Assembly (NCBI GenBank): GCA_963930145.1
Contig: CAWVLM010000065.1
Span: 1-52,246 of the forward strand
Origin: Clostridia bacterium
GTDB lineage: Bacteria > Bacillota > Clostridia > Christensenellales > UBA1242
Length of the DNA: 52,246 nucleotides
Direction: 5' to 3'
Shown here: in pieces, positions 44,100 to 52,246 of the stretch
Position numbering within the stretch: the stretch's first letter is position 1
How the letters are laid out: the number at the start of each line of letters is the position of its first letter
The notes under the pieces: model-generated
The model's input: the letters and a program-made list of their open reading frames with translations, nothing else
The model's database searches: none
What the model was told of the DNA's origin: nothing
Translations under genes and position numbers: made by a program

Positions 44100-44384
44100 A
44101 TGAAAACTTATGTTTATCCAGCAGTATTTATCAAAGACGAAGAAGAAAATGTTTATCGTGTGCTTTTCCCAGACCTTGAACTTACAACTGATGGAACGAT
44201 TGTTGAAGAAGCATATCTTTATGCAAGAGAGTGTTTGAAAGCATATTTTAAATATATTGAAAAGTATGATTTAGATTTCAACTTGCCAACGGATTTTGAA
44301 TATGTAAAAAAGTCTGCAAGGGCTGAAGATTATGTGATGCTTATAGATGCGGTTATTGCAGACAATGATAAACAGAAAAAATAG
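44100..44384 (+). CDS. HicB-like (UPF0150) antitoxin-family small protein, no adjacent HicA
   Basis: 94 aa. YPAVFIKDEEENVYRVLFPDLELTTDGTIVEEAYLYARECL fits the HicB N-terminal fold pattern. Confidence 0.55.
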   Translation: MKTYVYPAVFIKDEEENVYRVLFPDLELTTDGTIVEEAYLYARECLKAYFKYIEKYDLDFNLPTDFEYVKKSARAEDYVMLIDAVIADNDKQKK

Positions 44385-44534
44385 AAATTTTAAGGCAATT
44401 GACAGAAAAAGATGATTTACGCAAAATAAAATAAAAAATACTTAATAAATTGTTGACAATAAAATTAAATTGTGATAATATAATGCTAGCACTTCTTCGA
44501 TGGGGGTGTTAGTTTTTTGTTAGGAGATAAGAAA

Positions 44535-44696
44535 ATGGCAACACCAAAACGTAAAAATATTATTCTTGCTTGCACAGAATGCCAAGAACGCAACTATGCA
44601 ACAAGCAAAAACACTTCTGCAAATCCTGAAAGAGTGGAAATAAAGAAGTTTTGTTCTCGTTGTGGAAAGAGAACTGTTCATAAAGAAACCAAATAA
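44535..44696 (+). CDS. rpmG: 50S ribosomal protein L33
   Basis: Not in the ORF track because it is under 60 aa. My translation is [53 protein letters not shown], preceded by AGGAG. The listed minus-strand ORF 44520..44702 is its antisense shadow. Confidence 0.9.
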   Translation: MATPKRKNIILACTECQERNYATSKNTSANPERVEIKKFCSRCGKRTVHKETK

Positions 44697-44720
44697 AACC
44701 ACAATATATCAGGGGGTATT

Positions 44721-45179
44721 ATGCCAAAAAAGAAAAAGTCGCAGAAGAAAAATAGCAATAATAAAAATATAAGTGTTGCAGCTCAAGAAGATGCTGCAAT
44801 CCTTTCTTCAAACATAGAGCAAAGCGAAGTTCAAAGTGAAGAAACAGCAGAGACTACAACAGAAATCAGACAAGAAGAAAATCTATCAAAGAAAGACACA
44901 AAAACAGATAAAAATGTAAAAACTGACAAAAATGATAAGAAATCTGCTAAAAATGACAAAAATAACAAGAAAAAGAGCAATAAAAATGATAAAAAAGAAA
45001 AGGGCAAGGTGAAAAGAAAGGTGAAAGAAACTTTCTCAGAACTTAAAAAAGTCACTTGGCCATCTTTTGGTGATGTTTGCAAAAAAACAGGCGTAGTTCT
45101 CGTTGTTGTTCTTATTTTTGCAGTTGTAATCTTTGGTATAGACTATTGCTTGGGACTACTTATGGGATTATTGAGATAA
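44721..45179 (+). CDS. secE: preprotein translocase subunit SecE with a ~100-aa Lys-rich N-terminal extension
   Basis: The C-terminus (FSELKKVTWPSFGDVCKKTGVVLVVVLIFAVVIFGIDY) is the canonical SecE TM region. It sits in rpmG-secE-nusG synteny. Confidence 0.9.
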   Translation: MPKKKKSQKKNSNNKNISVAAQEDAAILSSNIEQSEVQSEETAETTTEIRQEENLSKKDTKTDKNVKTDKNDKKSAKNDKNNKKKSNKNDKKEKGKVKRKVKETFSELKKVTWPSFGDVCKKTGVVLVVVLIFAVVIFGIDYCLGLLMGLLR

Positions 45180-45188
45180 GGGGTTTGT

Positions 45189-45851
45189 ATGGAAGAAAAA
45201 GATATAGACTTAACGCAAAATGAAACAGTAGCTGAAGAAAAAGAAGTAAAAGAAACACCTTCTCAAGAGAGCACTGTGGCTGCTAAAGAAGAATATGATG
45301 ACGAAAAAGGCTACAAAGAATTTGTAGACAGCTTGCCAGCAAAATGGTATGCTCTTCACACTTTTTCAGGCTATGAAAATGTGGCAAAAGAAAATCTTGA
45401 AACAGTTATTGAAAAATTTAATCTTCAAGACCGAATCTTTGACATAGTAATTCCAATGGAAGACGTTGTTGAAGAGAAAAACGGCAAGAAAAGACTTGTT
45501 CAACGTAAATCAATGCCTTGCTACATCTTGGTTAAAATCAAATATGCTGATGACCTATGGCACAATATCACAAGAACGCGTGGTATCACTGGCTTTGTAG
45601 GGCCAAATGGCAGACCGCTTCCTTTGACCGATGATGATATCAGACGTCTTCATCTTGAAAAGATTAAGGTTGATGTAGACTTGAAGGTGGGCGATAAAGT
45701 TGAAATAGTTGATGGTCCATTCAGTAGTCAAGTTGGGGATGTAACATCTATCGACACTGAAACAGGCAAAGTATCTGTAAATATTGTCTTCTTAAATCGT
45801 GAAACGCCAGTAGAGCTTGAGCTTTCTCAGGTTCGCCGTATAAATCAGTAA
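45189..45851 (+). CDS. nusG: transcription termination/antitermination factor NusG with an acidic N-terminal extension
   Basis: KWYALHTFSGYENVAKENLE (NGN domain) and a C-terminal KOW domain (VGDKVEIVDGPFSSQVGDV). Confidence 0.95.
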   Translation: MEEKDIDLTQNETVAEEKEVKETPSQESTVAAKEEYDDEKGYKEFVDSLPAKWYALHTFSGYENVAKENLETVIEKFNLQDRIFDIVIPMEDVVEEKNGKKRLVQRKSMPCYILVKIKYADDLWHNITRTRGITGFVGPNGRPLPLTDDDIRRLHLEKIKVDVDLKVGDKVEIVDGPFSSQVGDVTSIDTETGKVSVNIVFLNRETPVELELSQVRRINQ

Positions 45852-45978
45852 TCAAAAGATATATTAAAGCGTAAAGCTTTTTAATATATTGTCCTTGACA
45901 TGACAGAAAACTATCAAATATAAAAATAGTGGGAGAGTGGAACTGCAACCGCTCAAAGCAACCACAAAGGAGGAAAAA

Positions 45979-46407
45979 ATGGCAGAAAAGAAGATTGCCG
46001 CAGTTGTAAAATTACAACTCGACGCAGGTAAAGCCACACCAGGACCTCCAGTAGGTTCAACTCTTGGACCTCATGGAATAAACCTAGGAGCCTTTACAAA
46101 AGAATTCAACGAGAAAACAGCATCACAGGCAGGACTTAAGATTCCTGTTGTTGTAACTATCTATGCAGATAGAAGTTTCTCATTCGTACTCAAAACCCCA
46201 CCAGCAGCCATTCTTATCATGAAGGCTATTGGAATTGAAAAGGGTTCTGCAGTGCCAAACAAAACAAAAGTCGGAAGTATCACAAAAGCACAAATCAGAC
46301 AGATTGCTGAAACAAAGATGCCAGACCTTAACTGTACATCAATAGAATCTGCAATGTCAATGGTTGAAGGTGCCGCTCGTTCTATGGGCGTAACTGTTGT
46401 AGACTAA
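45979..46407 (+). CDS. rplK: 50S ribosomal protein L11
   Basis: [38 protein letters not shown] at 45979 follows AAAGGAGG; the ORF-track start at 45937 is upstream of the RBS. Confidence 0.95.
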   Translation: MAEKKIAAVVKLQLDAGKATPGPPVGSTLGPHGINLGAFTKEFNEKTASQAGLKIPVVVTIYADRSFSFVLKTPPAAILIMKAIGIEKGSAVPNKTKVGSITKAQIRQIAETKMPDLNCTSIESAMSMVEGAARSMGVTVVD

Positions 46408-46417
46408 GGAGGCAGAG

Positions 46418-47098
46418 ATGAAAGTAAGTAAAAAATATGCACAAGCATCTCAAGCAATCACACAAAAAGCTTATGATGCTGCTGAAGGAATTGACACACT
46501 TTTATCACTTCCAAAGGCTAAGTTTGATGAAACTGTTGAACTTCATGTAAGACTTGGCGTTGATGGAAGAAATGCTGACCAACAAGTTCGTGGCGTATGT
46601 ATCCTTCCACATGGAACAGGTAAGTCACTCAGAGTTCTTGTAATTGCAAAGGGTGACAAGGCAGATGAAGCAACAAAAGCAGGTGCTGATTATGTGGGTG
46701 CTGAAGAAATAGTAAGCAAAATTCAAGGCGGCTGGCTTGATTTTGACGTTGCAATCACAACTCCAGATATGATGGGTGTTGTAGGACGCGTAGCTAGAGT
46801 TCTTGGACCTAAAGGTTTAATGCCAAACCCGAAGAGTGGTACGGTTACTATGGATGTAGCTAAAGCTATCCGTGACGCTAAAGCTGGTAAAGTTGAATAT
46901 AGACTTGATAAAACAAACAATGTTCACGTTATCATTGGTAAGGTAAGCTTCGGCAAAGACAAGCTTCTTGATAATTTCAACACAGTTATCGAAGCTCTCA
47001 CAAAAGCAAAACCAGCAGCCGCAAAAGGTCAATATTTTAAGAACGTTACAATCGCCTCTACTATGGGACCAGGAATTAAAATCAACGTAACAATGTAA
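46418..47098 (+). CDS. rplA: 50S ribosomal protein L1
   Basis: [24 protein letters not shown]...; 226 aa; RBS AAGGAGG. Confidence 0.95.
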   Translation: MKVSKKYAQASQAITQKAYDAAEGIDTLLSLPKAKFDETVELHVRLGVDGRNADQQVRGVCILPHGTGKSLRVLVIAKGDKADEATKAGADYVGAEEIVSKIQGGWLDFDVAITTPDMMGVVGRVARVLGPKGLMPNPKSGTVTMDVAKAIRDAKAGKVEYRLDKTNNVHVIIGKVSFGKDKLLDNFNTVIEALTKAKPAAAKGQYFKNVTIASTMGPGIKINVTM

Positions 47099-47113
47099 TA
47101 AATATCCATATAC

Positions 47114-47148
47114 AAAAAAGATAAGTTGAAAAATACTTATCTTTTTTC
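47114..47148 (+). terminator. intrinsic terminator after rplA
   Basis: AAAAAGATAAGT pairs with ACTTATCTTTTT (12-bp stem), followed by a T-run. Confidence 0.7.
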
Positions 47149-47299
47149 TTTAACAACTTTCAGCTAATCTAGGTTTTGTTATTTTTATAAGGTCTATGGG
47201 TTTGCCTATAGTTCTTATAAAGGTCTATCTATAAAATAACTTGTAGAAGTTCTATGGGTTTTATATAGAAACTTTCAACCAATCTAGTGAGATAATATA

Positions 47300-47340
47300 T
47301 AAAAATGCACCTCTAAAAGTATTCAACTTTTGGGGTGCAT
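47300..47340 (-). terminator. intrinsic terminator of the giant surface-protein gene
   Basis: ATGCACCTCTAAAAGT pairs with ACTTTTGGGGTGCAT (one irregularity), with a T-run on the minus strand. Confidence 0.6.
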
Positions 47341-47365
47341 TTCAATTTGTAAAGCTTTTTTGTTG

Positions 47366-50300
47366 TTATTTAACCTTTTGTCTCTTTCTAAGAGCTATAG
47401 TTATACCAATTATTGCGGCTACTGCAATAACTCCAATAACGATTGCAATGATAGCAAATGTGTTGAGTGGCTCAGATCTTATAACTTTATATGAGTAGAG
47501 CAAGTTGTTGGACATTGTGTAAACTTGAATGAAGTATGTGCCAGTATTCTCAATTGTTATTGTGTAGGTTTCACCATAATTTGCAAGAGTATCTGCCGTG
47601 AAATAATGGTATCGAGAGCCAATTCTTATGTAGCAGTCACCCATAGCGTTATAGAAATTTTTTATATTAAAGGTTATTGTGATTGTGCCAGTTGTGCTGT
47701 CGCCTTCGGCAAGAGATATATTGAGTGGTGGTTTTTGCATATTAAGCCAAAGCTCAAAGGTATACTTGCTGCTTGAAGTGCTTGCATAGGCACTATCATT
47801 TGTGTTTACAGTGATTTGATATCTTCCGCTACCTGTTTTTTCATCAAGATAATTTATCAAAAGCTGAGAAAGATAAGCTTTTCCGTCAATCCTAATTATG
47901 TCATAATTTCCTATATCAATAAGGTCTTGAGTGATATCAACTCCGTCTTTGATAACGCTTTCAATGTAATAGTTCTTGTATTGAATAAATTCATAAGCGT
48001 ATCTAGATTCATTTTCATTGATGATAGTGAAATTATATTCATCCTGTCTTACAGGCACACCTGTTGTGCTAGTTGCGGCAAATACAACTGAGTAGTAACC
48101 AGGCTGAGAGAATGTATAGTTGTAGTTGCTTGCGGTGAAGCCTGTGTAGGCAATTCCGTTTAGTTTCACAGAAATTGAAGGGTAACCAGAAGCTTGATAG
48201 TAAGAAGAAAGGTTGTAAAGGGAAAGTGTAACATTGCTGTTGTAGACTGCATTGTCAACTCTCTCTGAAACCACTTGCTCACCGCTTAACGTATCATTAT
48301 ATGTAACTATAAACGGAACGGAATTTAGAAATACAATATCTATGTAAGTGCTATTGCCAAAAAGATGGACATTTGCAGGCGAGCATGAGTCATAAAGTCT
48401 AACTCTATAAGAACCAGCCTTTTCAAGATATATGTAAGACATATTTCCTGTTGAGGATATTGTAGGAGTGATTGTAGCAAAAGAGCCGTTAAAGAATTTT
48501 AAGACTTCCACTTTAATCTTGTTTTGTTCAATGCCGTAATACGAGTTGAAATTGAGTTTCAACCTGTCAAACGAGCTTTCAGTTTCATTATTTGCAACGA
48601 TAACAACTGAAGGTGATGACCTTATTGATTCAGTCGTGCCAGAGGTCGTTTCATAGGTGAATTGTGTAAGAATATTATCTGTTTCATTGATATAAATAAT
48701 GGTGAAGTCGCCTCTAGATTCAGCACATTCATAATGATAGATTTCAACATAAACATTAGTTCCTGTTGTTTCAACTCTTGGCGTTCCAATTTGCACATTG
48801 AGTTCTTCATTAGGAACGATTTGCAATCTGTTGTTTCGGTCTGCGTAGTCCACACTCACAATATAGTTGACATCATATTCATAACCATAATTGTCAGTAT
48901 ATTTCATATCTCCACGCTCAATAGGCATTCCGTCAACTGTGATATAGTAGTATGAGGTTGAAGAATCCAAGATGGAGAGAGTGAAAATTCTGCAAATATT
49001 GGTAAACACATCATCAGCGTCATATTTAATAAAGATGATATATTCGCCTGTTCCAGAAATAGTGTAACCGCTTGACGCCGAATAGTCATCATTGATATTT
49101 TGCCAAGTGTTACCATTGTCTGCCGAGAGATATACGCTATAGCCATAGCCGTCTTGATAAGCATTAGCACCTTCATTATTCAATCGCTGCCCATCTCTGA
49201 AATGAACTCTAACTGTTTGAGAGTAGGTTGTTGCAGCTCGGGCAGTTGCGGTATAAGGTGTTCCATTGAAGGAAATTGTATAGTTTGGTATTGTTGCAAA
49301 ATCGCCACTTTCCAAAGGTTCAAGATTTCGGTCAACAAACACAATTGCTCCGCCGTTAACATCACTCAAAGAATACGATAGATATGGAAGCTGATTGTAT
49401 ATTCTTATATGAAGAGTTTTGATTTCGTCATTTGTCTCACTATCAGTAACAATAATTTTATAGTAAATATCATAGATATTATTGTTTTGAGCAGGTGAGA
49501 AGGTATAGGAATAGATGTTGTTTCCAAGATTTGTATAATTGAACGAAGATGTTACATCTGCGTTGTCTACGTTGTAGATATTGATTGTATAGAGCAGAAT
49601 GTTATAAGCAAAATTGATGGCATTATCAGAAAGATATGTCTCATCTCCATTGCTTTCAGTGATTTTGTAGATATCAGAGCTGCCACTTATCTCATTGTAG
49701 GCAACTTCATTTGCAAGTTGGATGATTGTGGTCTCGTTGCCAAAGTTATCAAGTATTTCAAAACGCACTTTTTGTGATGCATTTGCACCAAGATTTATAA
49801 CAATTTGAAGGGTAGAACCATTATTGATAGTTGTAAAACTTATGTACGAAAGAGCGGTTTCAAATTCTTCAGTAGGAGTCCAAGTCCCATAAGGGTTTTG
49901 ATTTGCAATCATCAAAAGGTCATATTCGCCAGTAATTGTATTGTACTGAGAAATATTTATACGAGTAGGGAAGACAAAACTTGTAGTTGTGCTTTCATAC
50001 TGAGACTTGGTTGGAACAGAAATGTTAAGAATAGCCGATGTTCTATTAGGGTCTTCCACCTTTTGAGTTGCAATAGTCGCATCCATTATAGAAAGGTATG
50101 TGTTATAAGAAGAACCATTTATTCTATTAGTGAAGGTCAGCGTATGCTTATTTGACGAGGACTCAACACTATCAAATATAGACGCCAAAGTCACCTGTTC
50201 AAAGCTTACGCCTGTAGAACTGATTGTAATTCTGTAGATATATCCATCTTCAAGCCAAGGCGAGGTCATATAACGAACAGAGCTTTGCCCTGCTATTTGA

Positions 50301-52246
50301 ATATAAACAAGACTCCACGGGTCGGATATGTAACTTAAACTTTTAAGTTCAAAACCGCTATTAGAGTAAATATTGAAGCCTTCAGTAATCTCTTGTGAAA
50401 GCACAGCAATTTCTTCGCTATGCTGAGCGTTGGTGTAGGTCAAGGCATTTTTATTTACATTTTCATCGTCATCAAAAGACGAGTCAATAAGATAAACAAG
50501 GTATACAGCCATATTGCCAGCATAGTCCATTTCAACTATTTCATAATAGCCGCAACTTAAATCATTGACGCCGCTTGTAGTCAGCTGATAATAGTTGTTA
50601 GCCGAGAAAGAATTTTTATCCACTTGAGTGTAAGAGTCAATAGATGGCAAGTTTTCATAATAGATATATTGAGTGTCATATCTAAAGCTCGATGCATTTT
50701 TTAAAGTGTCCACAAGGGTGGTGTTAAAGAAATCTGTTGTAACGTTATAGCTATAGTATTGGAAATATCCAGTAGAAGCAGAGAAGGAATAACTCATATT
50801 TTGAATTTGGTCATAGTTTGCAGCGGTGATAGCCACATCTTGACCTTGATAATCCTGATAAGTTCTCATGTTGATTTCTTGGTAATTTTTAGTAAATACC
50901 TTTGTTGCCTGTTCTGTGCTTGTCATCAATTTTTGCAAATTCGCAAGCGGAGCGGACCTATCAAAGTAGATAGTTTTTGTTGTTCTATTATAATAGTTGT
51001 CGTTATGACCTTCATATTCCATAGTGATTGTAAGAGATGAATTTATGGCGGTGATTAAGCTTGAACAATCAACCGTGAAATATCTTGTATTGCCATTAGC
51101 CGTAATTTCCGAGTGAGTCACTGGCTGCGTGCCGTTTATGGTAATATGAGAGAAATCTTCATTGATTCTTGCTTCATAATTGCTTGTCGGAACTTCCCAT
51201 TGAATAGTAAGTAAATTTGAGTTTGCGTAATAGGTATTTGCCGAAGTTTCTGATAGTTCATAGCCGTCAGCATTTATAATGCTAAATGCAGGCTGCTGAG
51301 ATATGATTTCAAAGCCAAATTTATAGAATGAATAGAAAGTGCTTTGCGGGTCGTTGCTTGATTGGTAGATTGTAACAACATAGCTTCCTTGCAGATAGAA
51401 GAAATCTACAGGTGTAGTGCTAGTAATTATACCATTGGACAGTCCTTCATAAAGGTTAAGGAATCCGCCATTTGTTGTACCGTCAGAGAAATAGTATTTA
51501 GTAACACTTTTGCCATACTCAATAACCTCAGCCACCACTTTAGCATAGATTTCATATTCGGTGATGGAAGCAAGGCTATTGATATATTCCTGTGCTTCTG
51601 CCTCAGTGTTAAAAGGCTCGGCTATCTCAACGCCTTCAGAATAAACATGCCATAGATTGTCTGATTCTTGCTGATAGAAGGAATTTCCATAGTGAGAAAG
51701 GTTATTATTGAAATCAACGCTATAAGAATTAGAATTTTCATCATAGCTAGTTGTTGTGGTAAATTTATATTTAGGAATATATAGCGTCATTGGGAGTTTA
51801 TTCCCTTCCACCGAGAAAGTAGGTATTTCATCTTCACTAGAGAATGATTCTTTGGTATAGAATGAACCGCTATTAAGCCCAGTATCAGTATTATAGCTAG
51901 GGAAAGAAACTTGAATAGAAGAATTGCCTTCACTGCTATACATGCTGAGTATGATGTCGCCACCAACAAGACTTTCAAGAGAAGAGTTTCCGTCTTCACT
52001 GCTCACAGCTTCAAGGCCTGAAATAAGTCCAAAATCATCAACATCAAAGGTGATTATACGCTTAAAGTAGTCATATTGGTCGGTGTTATTGCCTTCAATA
52101 TATTGTCTTTCAATTATATATCTTCCAGCACCAGGCAAGTTGCCGCTACCAAGTGCGACAGTATAAGTCAAGGTCTGTCCAGGTTCATATGAAACAGATG
52201 TATCATACTCATAGATAATAACTTGTTGATATTCATCAGAGATATC
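47366..52246 (-). CDS. giant surface-anchored protein (more than 1626 aa, N-terminus outside the window), S/T/N/Y-rich with a C-terminal TM anchor
   Basis: The frame stays open from 52171 to the window edge by my manual translation (...DISDEYQQVIIYEYDTSVSYEPGQT-L-TYTVALGSG). The M at 52171 in the track is an internal TTG. The C-terminus is FAIIAIVIGVIAVAAIIGITIALRKRQKVK, a TM segment plus basic tail. There is no LPXTG motif. Confidence 0.8.
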   Translation of the reverse strand, partial: DISDEYQQVIIYEYDTSVSYEPGQTLTYTVALGSGNLPGAGRYIIERQYIEGNNTDQYDYFKRIITFDVDDFGLISGLEAVSSEDGNSSLESLVGGDIILSMYSSEGNSSIQVSFPSYNTDTGLNSGSFYTKESFSSEDEIPTFSVEGNKLPMTLYIPKYKFTTTTSYDENSNSYSVDFNNNLSHYGNSFYQQESDNLWHVYSEGVEIAEPFNTEAEAQEYINSLASITEYEIYAKVVAEVIEYGKSVTKYYFSDGTTNGGFLNLYEGLSNGIITSTTPVDFFYLQGSYVVTIYQSSNDPQSTFYSFYKFGFEIISQQPAFSIINADGYELSETSANTYYANSNLLTIQWEVPTSNYEARINEDFSHITINGTQPVTHSEITANGNTRYFTVDCSSLITAINSSLTITMEYEGHNDNYYNRTTKTIYFDRSAPLANLQKLMTSTEQATKVFTKNYQEINMRTYQDYQGQDVAITAANYDQIQNMSYSFSASTGYFQYYSYNVTTDFFNTTLVDTLKNASSFRYDTQYIYYENLPSIDSYTQVDKNSFSANNYYQLTTSGVNDLSCGYYEIVEMDYAGNMAVYLVYLIDSSFDDDENVNKNALTYTNAQHSEEIAVLSQEITEGFNIYSNSGFELKSLSYISDPWSLVYIQIAGQSSVRYMTSPWLEDGYIYRITISSTGVSFEQVTLASIFDSVESSSNKHTLTFTNRINGSSYNTYLSIMDATIATQKVEDPNRTSAILNISVPTKSQYESTTTSFVFPTRINISQYNTITGEYDLLMIANQNPYGTWTPTEEFETALSYISFTTINNGSTLQIVINLGANASQKVRFEILDNFGNETTIIQLANEVAYNEISGSSDIYKITESNGDETYLSDNAINFAYNILLYTINIYNVDNADVTSSFNYTNLGNNIYSYTFSPAQNNNIYDIYYKIIVTDSETNDEIKTLHIRIYNQLPYLSYSLSDVNGGAIVFVDRNLEPLESGDFATIPNYTISFNGTPYTATARAATTYSQTVRVHFRDGQRLNNEGANAYQDGYGYSVYLSADNGNTWQNINDDYSASSGYTISGTGEYIIFIKYDADDVFTNICRIFTLSILDSSTSYYYITVDGMPIERGDMKYTDNYGYEYDVNYIVSVDYADRNNRLQIVPNEELNVQIGTPRVETTGTNVYVEIYHYECAESRGDFTIIYINETDNILTQFTYETTSGTTESIRSSPSVVIVANNETESSFDRLKLNFNSYYGIEQNKIKVEVLKFFNGSFATITPTISSTGNMSYIYLEKAGSYRVRLYDSCSPANVHLFGNSTYIDIVFLNSVPFIVTYNDTLSGEQVVSERVDNAVYNSNVTLSLYNLSSYYQASGYPSISVKLNGIAYTGFTASNYNYTFSQPGYYSVVFAATSTTGVPVRQDEYNFTIINENESRYAYEFIQYKNYYIESVIKDGVDITQDLIDIGNYDIIRIDGKAYLSQLLINYLDEKTGSGRYQITVNTNDSAYASTSSSKYTFELWLNMQKPPLNISLAEGDSTTGTITITFNIKNFYNAMGDCYIRIGSRYHYFTADTLANYGETYTITIENTGTYFIQVYTMSNNLLYSYKVIRSEPLNTFAIIAIVIGVIAVAAIIGITIALRKRQKVK

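Noticed and set aside
1-52246. Alternative genetic code (TGA as sense, as in Mycoplasma or SR1)
   Set aside because: All long conserved genes (gyrA, gyrB, secA, uvrC, metG) are intact ORFs under the standard code, and Trp positions use TGG.

Overview
This is an AT-rich bacterial chromosomal window that uses the standard genetic code: Trp is TGG, and the long conserved genes contain no in-frame TGA. Gene content looks like a small-genome Bacillota/Mollicutes-like lineage. All product calls come from motifs I recognise in the supplied translations, with no database search.

Housekeeping genes:
- tmk, uvrC, hisS, a HelD/UvrD-like helicase, and gyrB and gyrA with two MazG-like genes between them
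- an initiator tRNA-fMet, an ABC exporter, metG, and mrnC-rlmB-sigH
- ychF, secA, and rpmG-secE-nusG-rplK-rplA

The unusual content is mostly non-coding or orphan:
1. Two paralogous signal-peptide genes have near-identical promoter cassettes. Each carries a G8 homopolymer in the -35/-10 spacer, so they are candidate phase-variation switches.
2. Three ~90-nt elements (4.5, 8.1 and 13.4 kb) share one architecture: a perfect 13-bp closing stem around three hairpins. Their stem sequences differ.
3. Four perfect TTATCCACA DnaA boxes, plus degenerate ones, sit next to a very AT-rich tract at 10.8-11.15 kb. This looks like an origin.
4. Three degenerate tRNA-fMet-derived units, each with its own terminator hairpin, lie just downstream of the real tRNA.
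5. A ~240-nt modular repeat occurs in inverted copies after ychF and after secA. The copies bracket 13 kb that contains two large orphan genes (1975 aa with a central TM hairpin, and 753 aa).
6. A surface-type protein of more than 1600 aa runs off the right edge of the window.

I saw no CRISPR array, transposase, integrase or rRNA.
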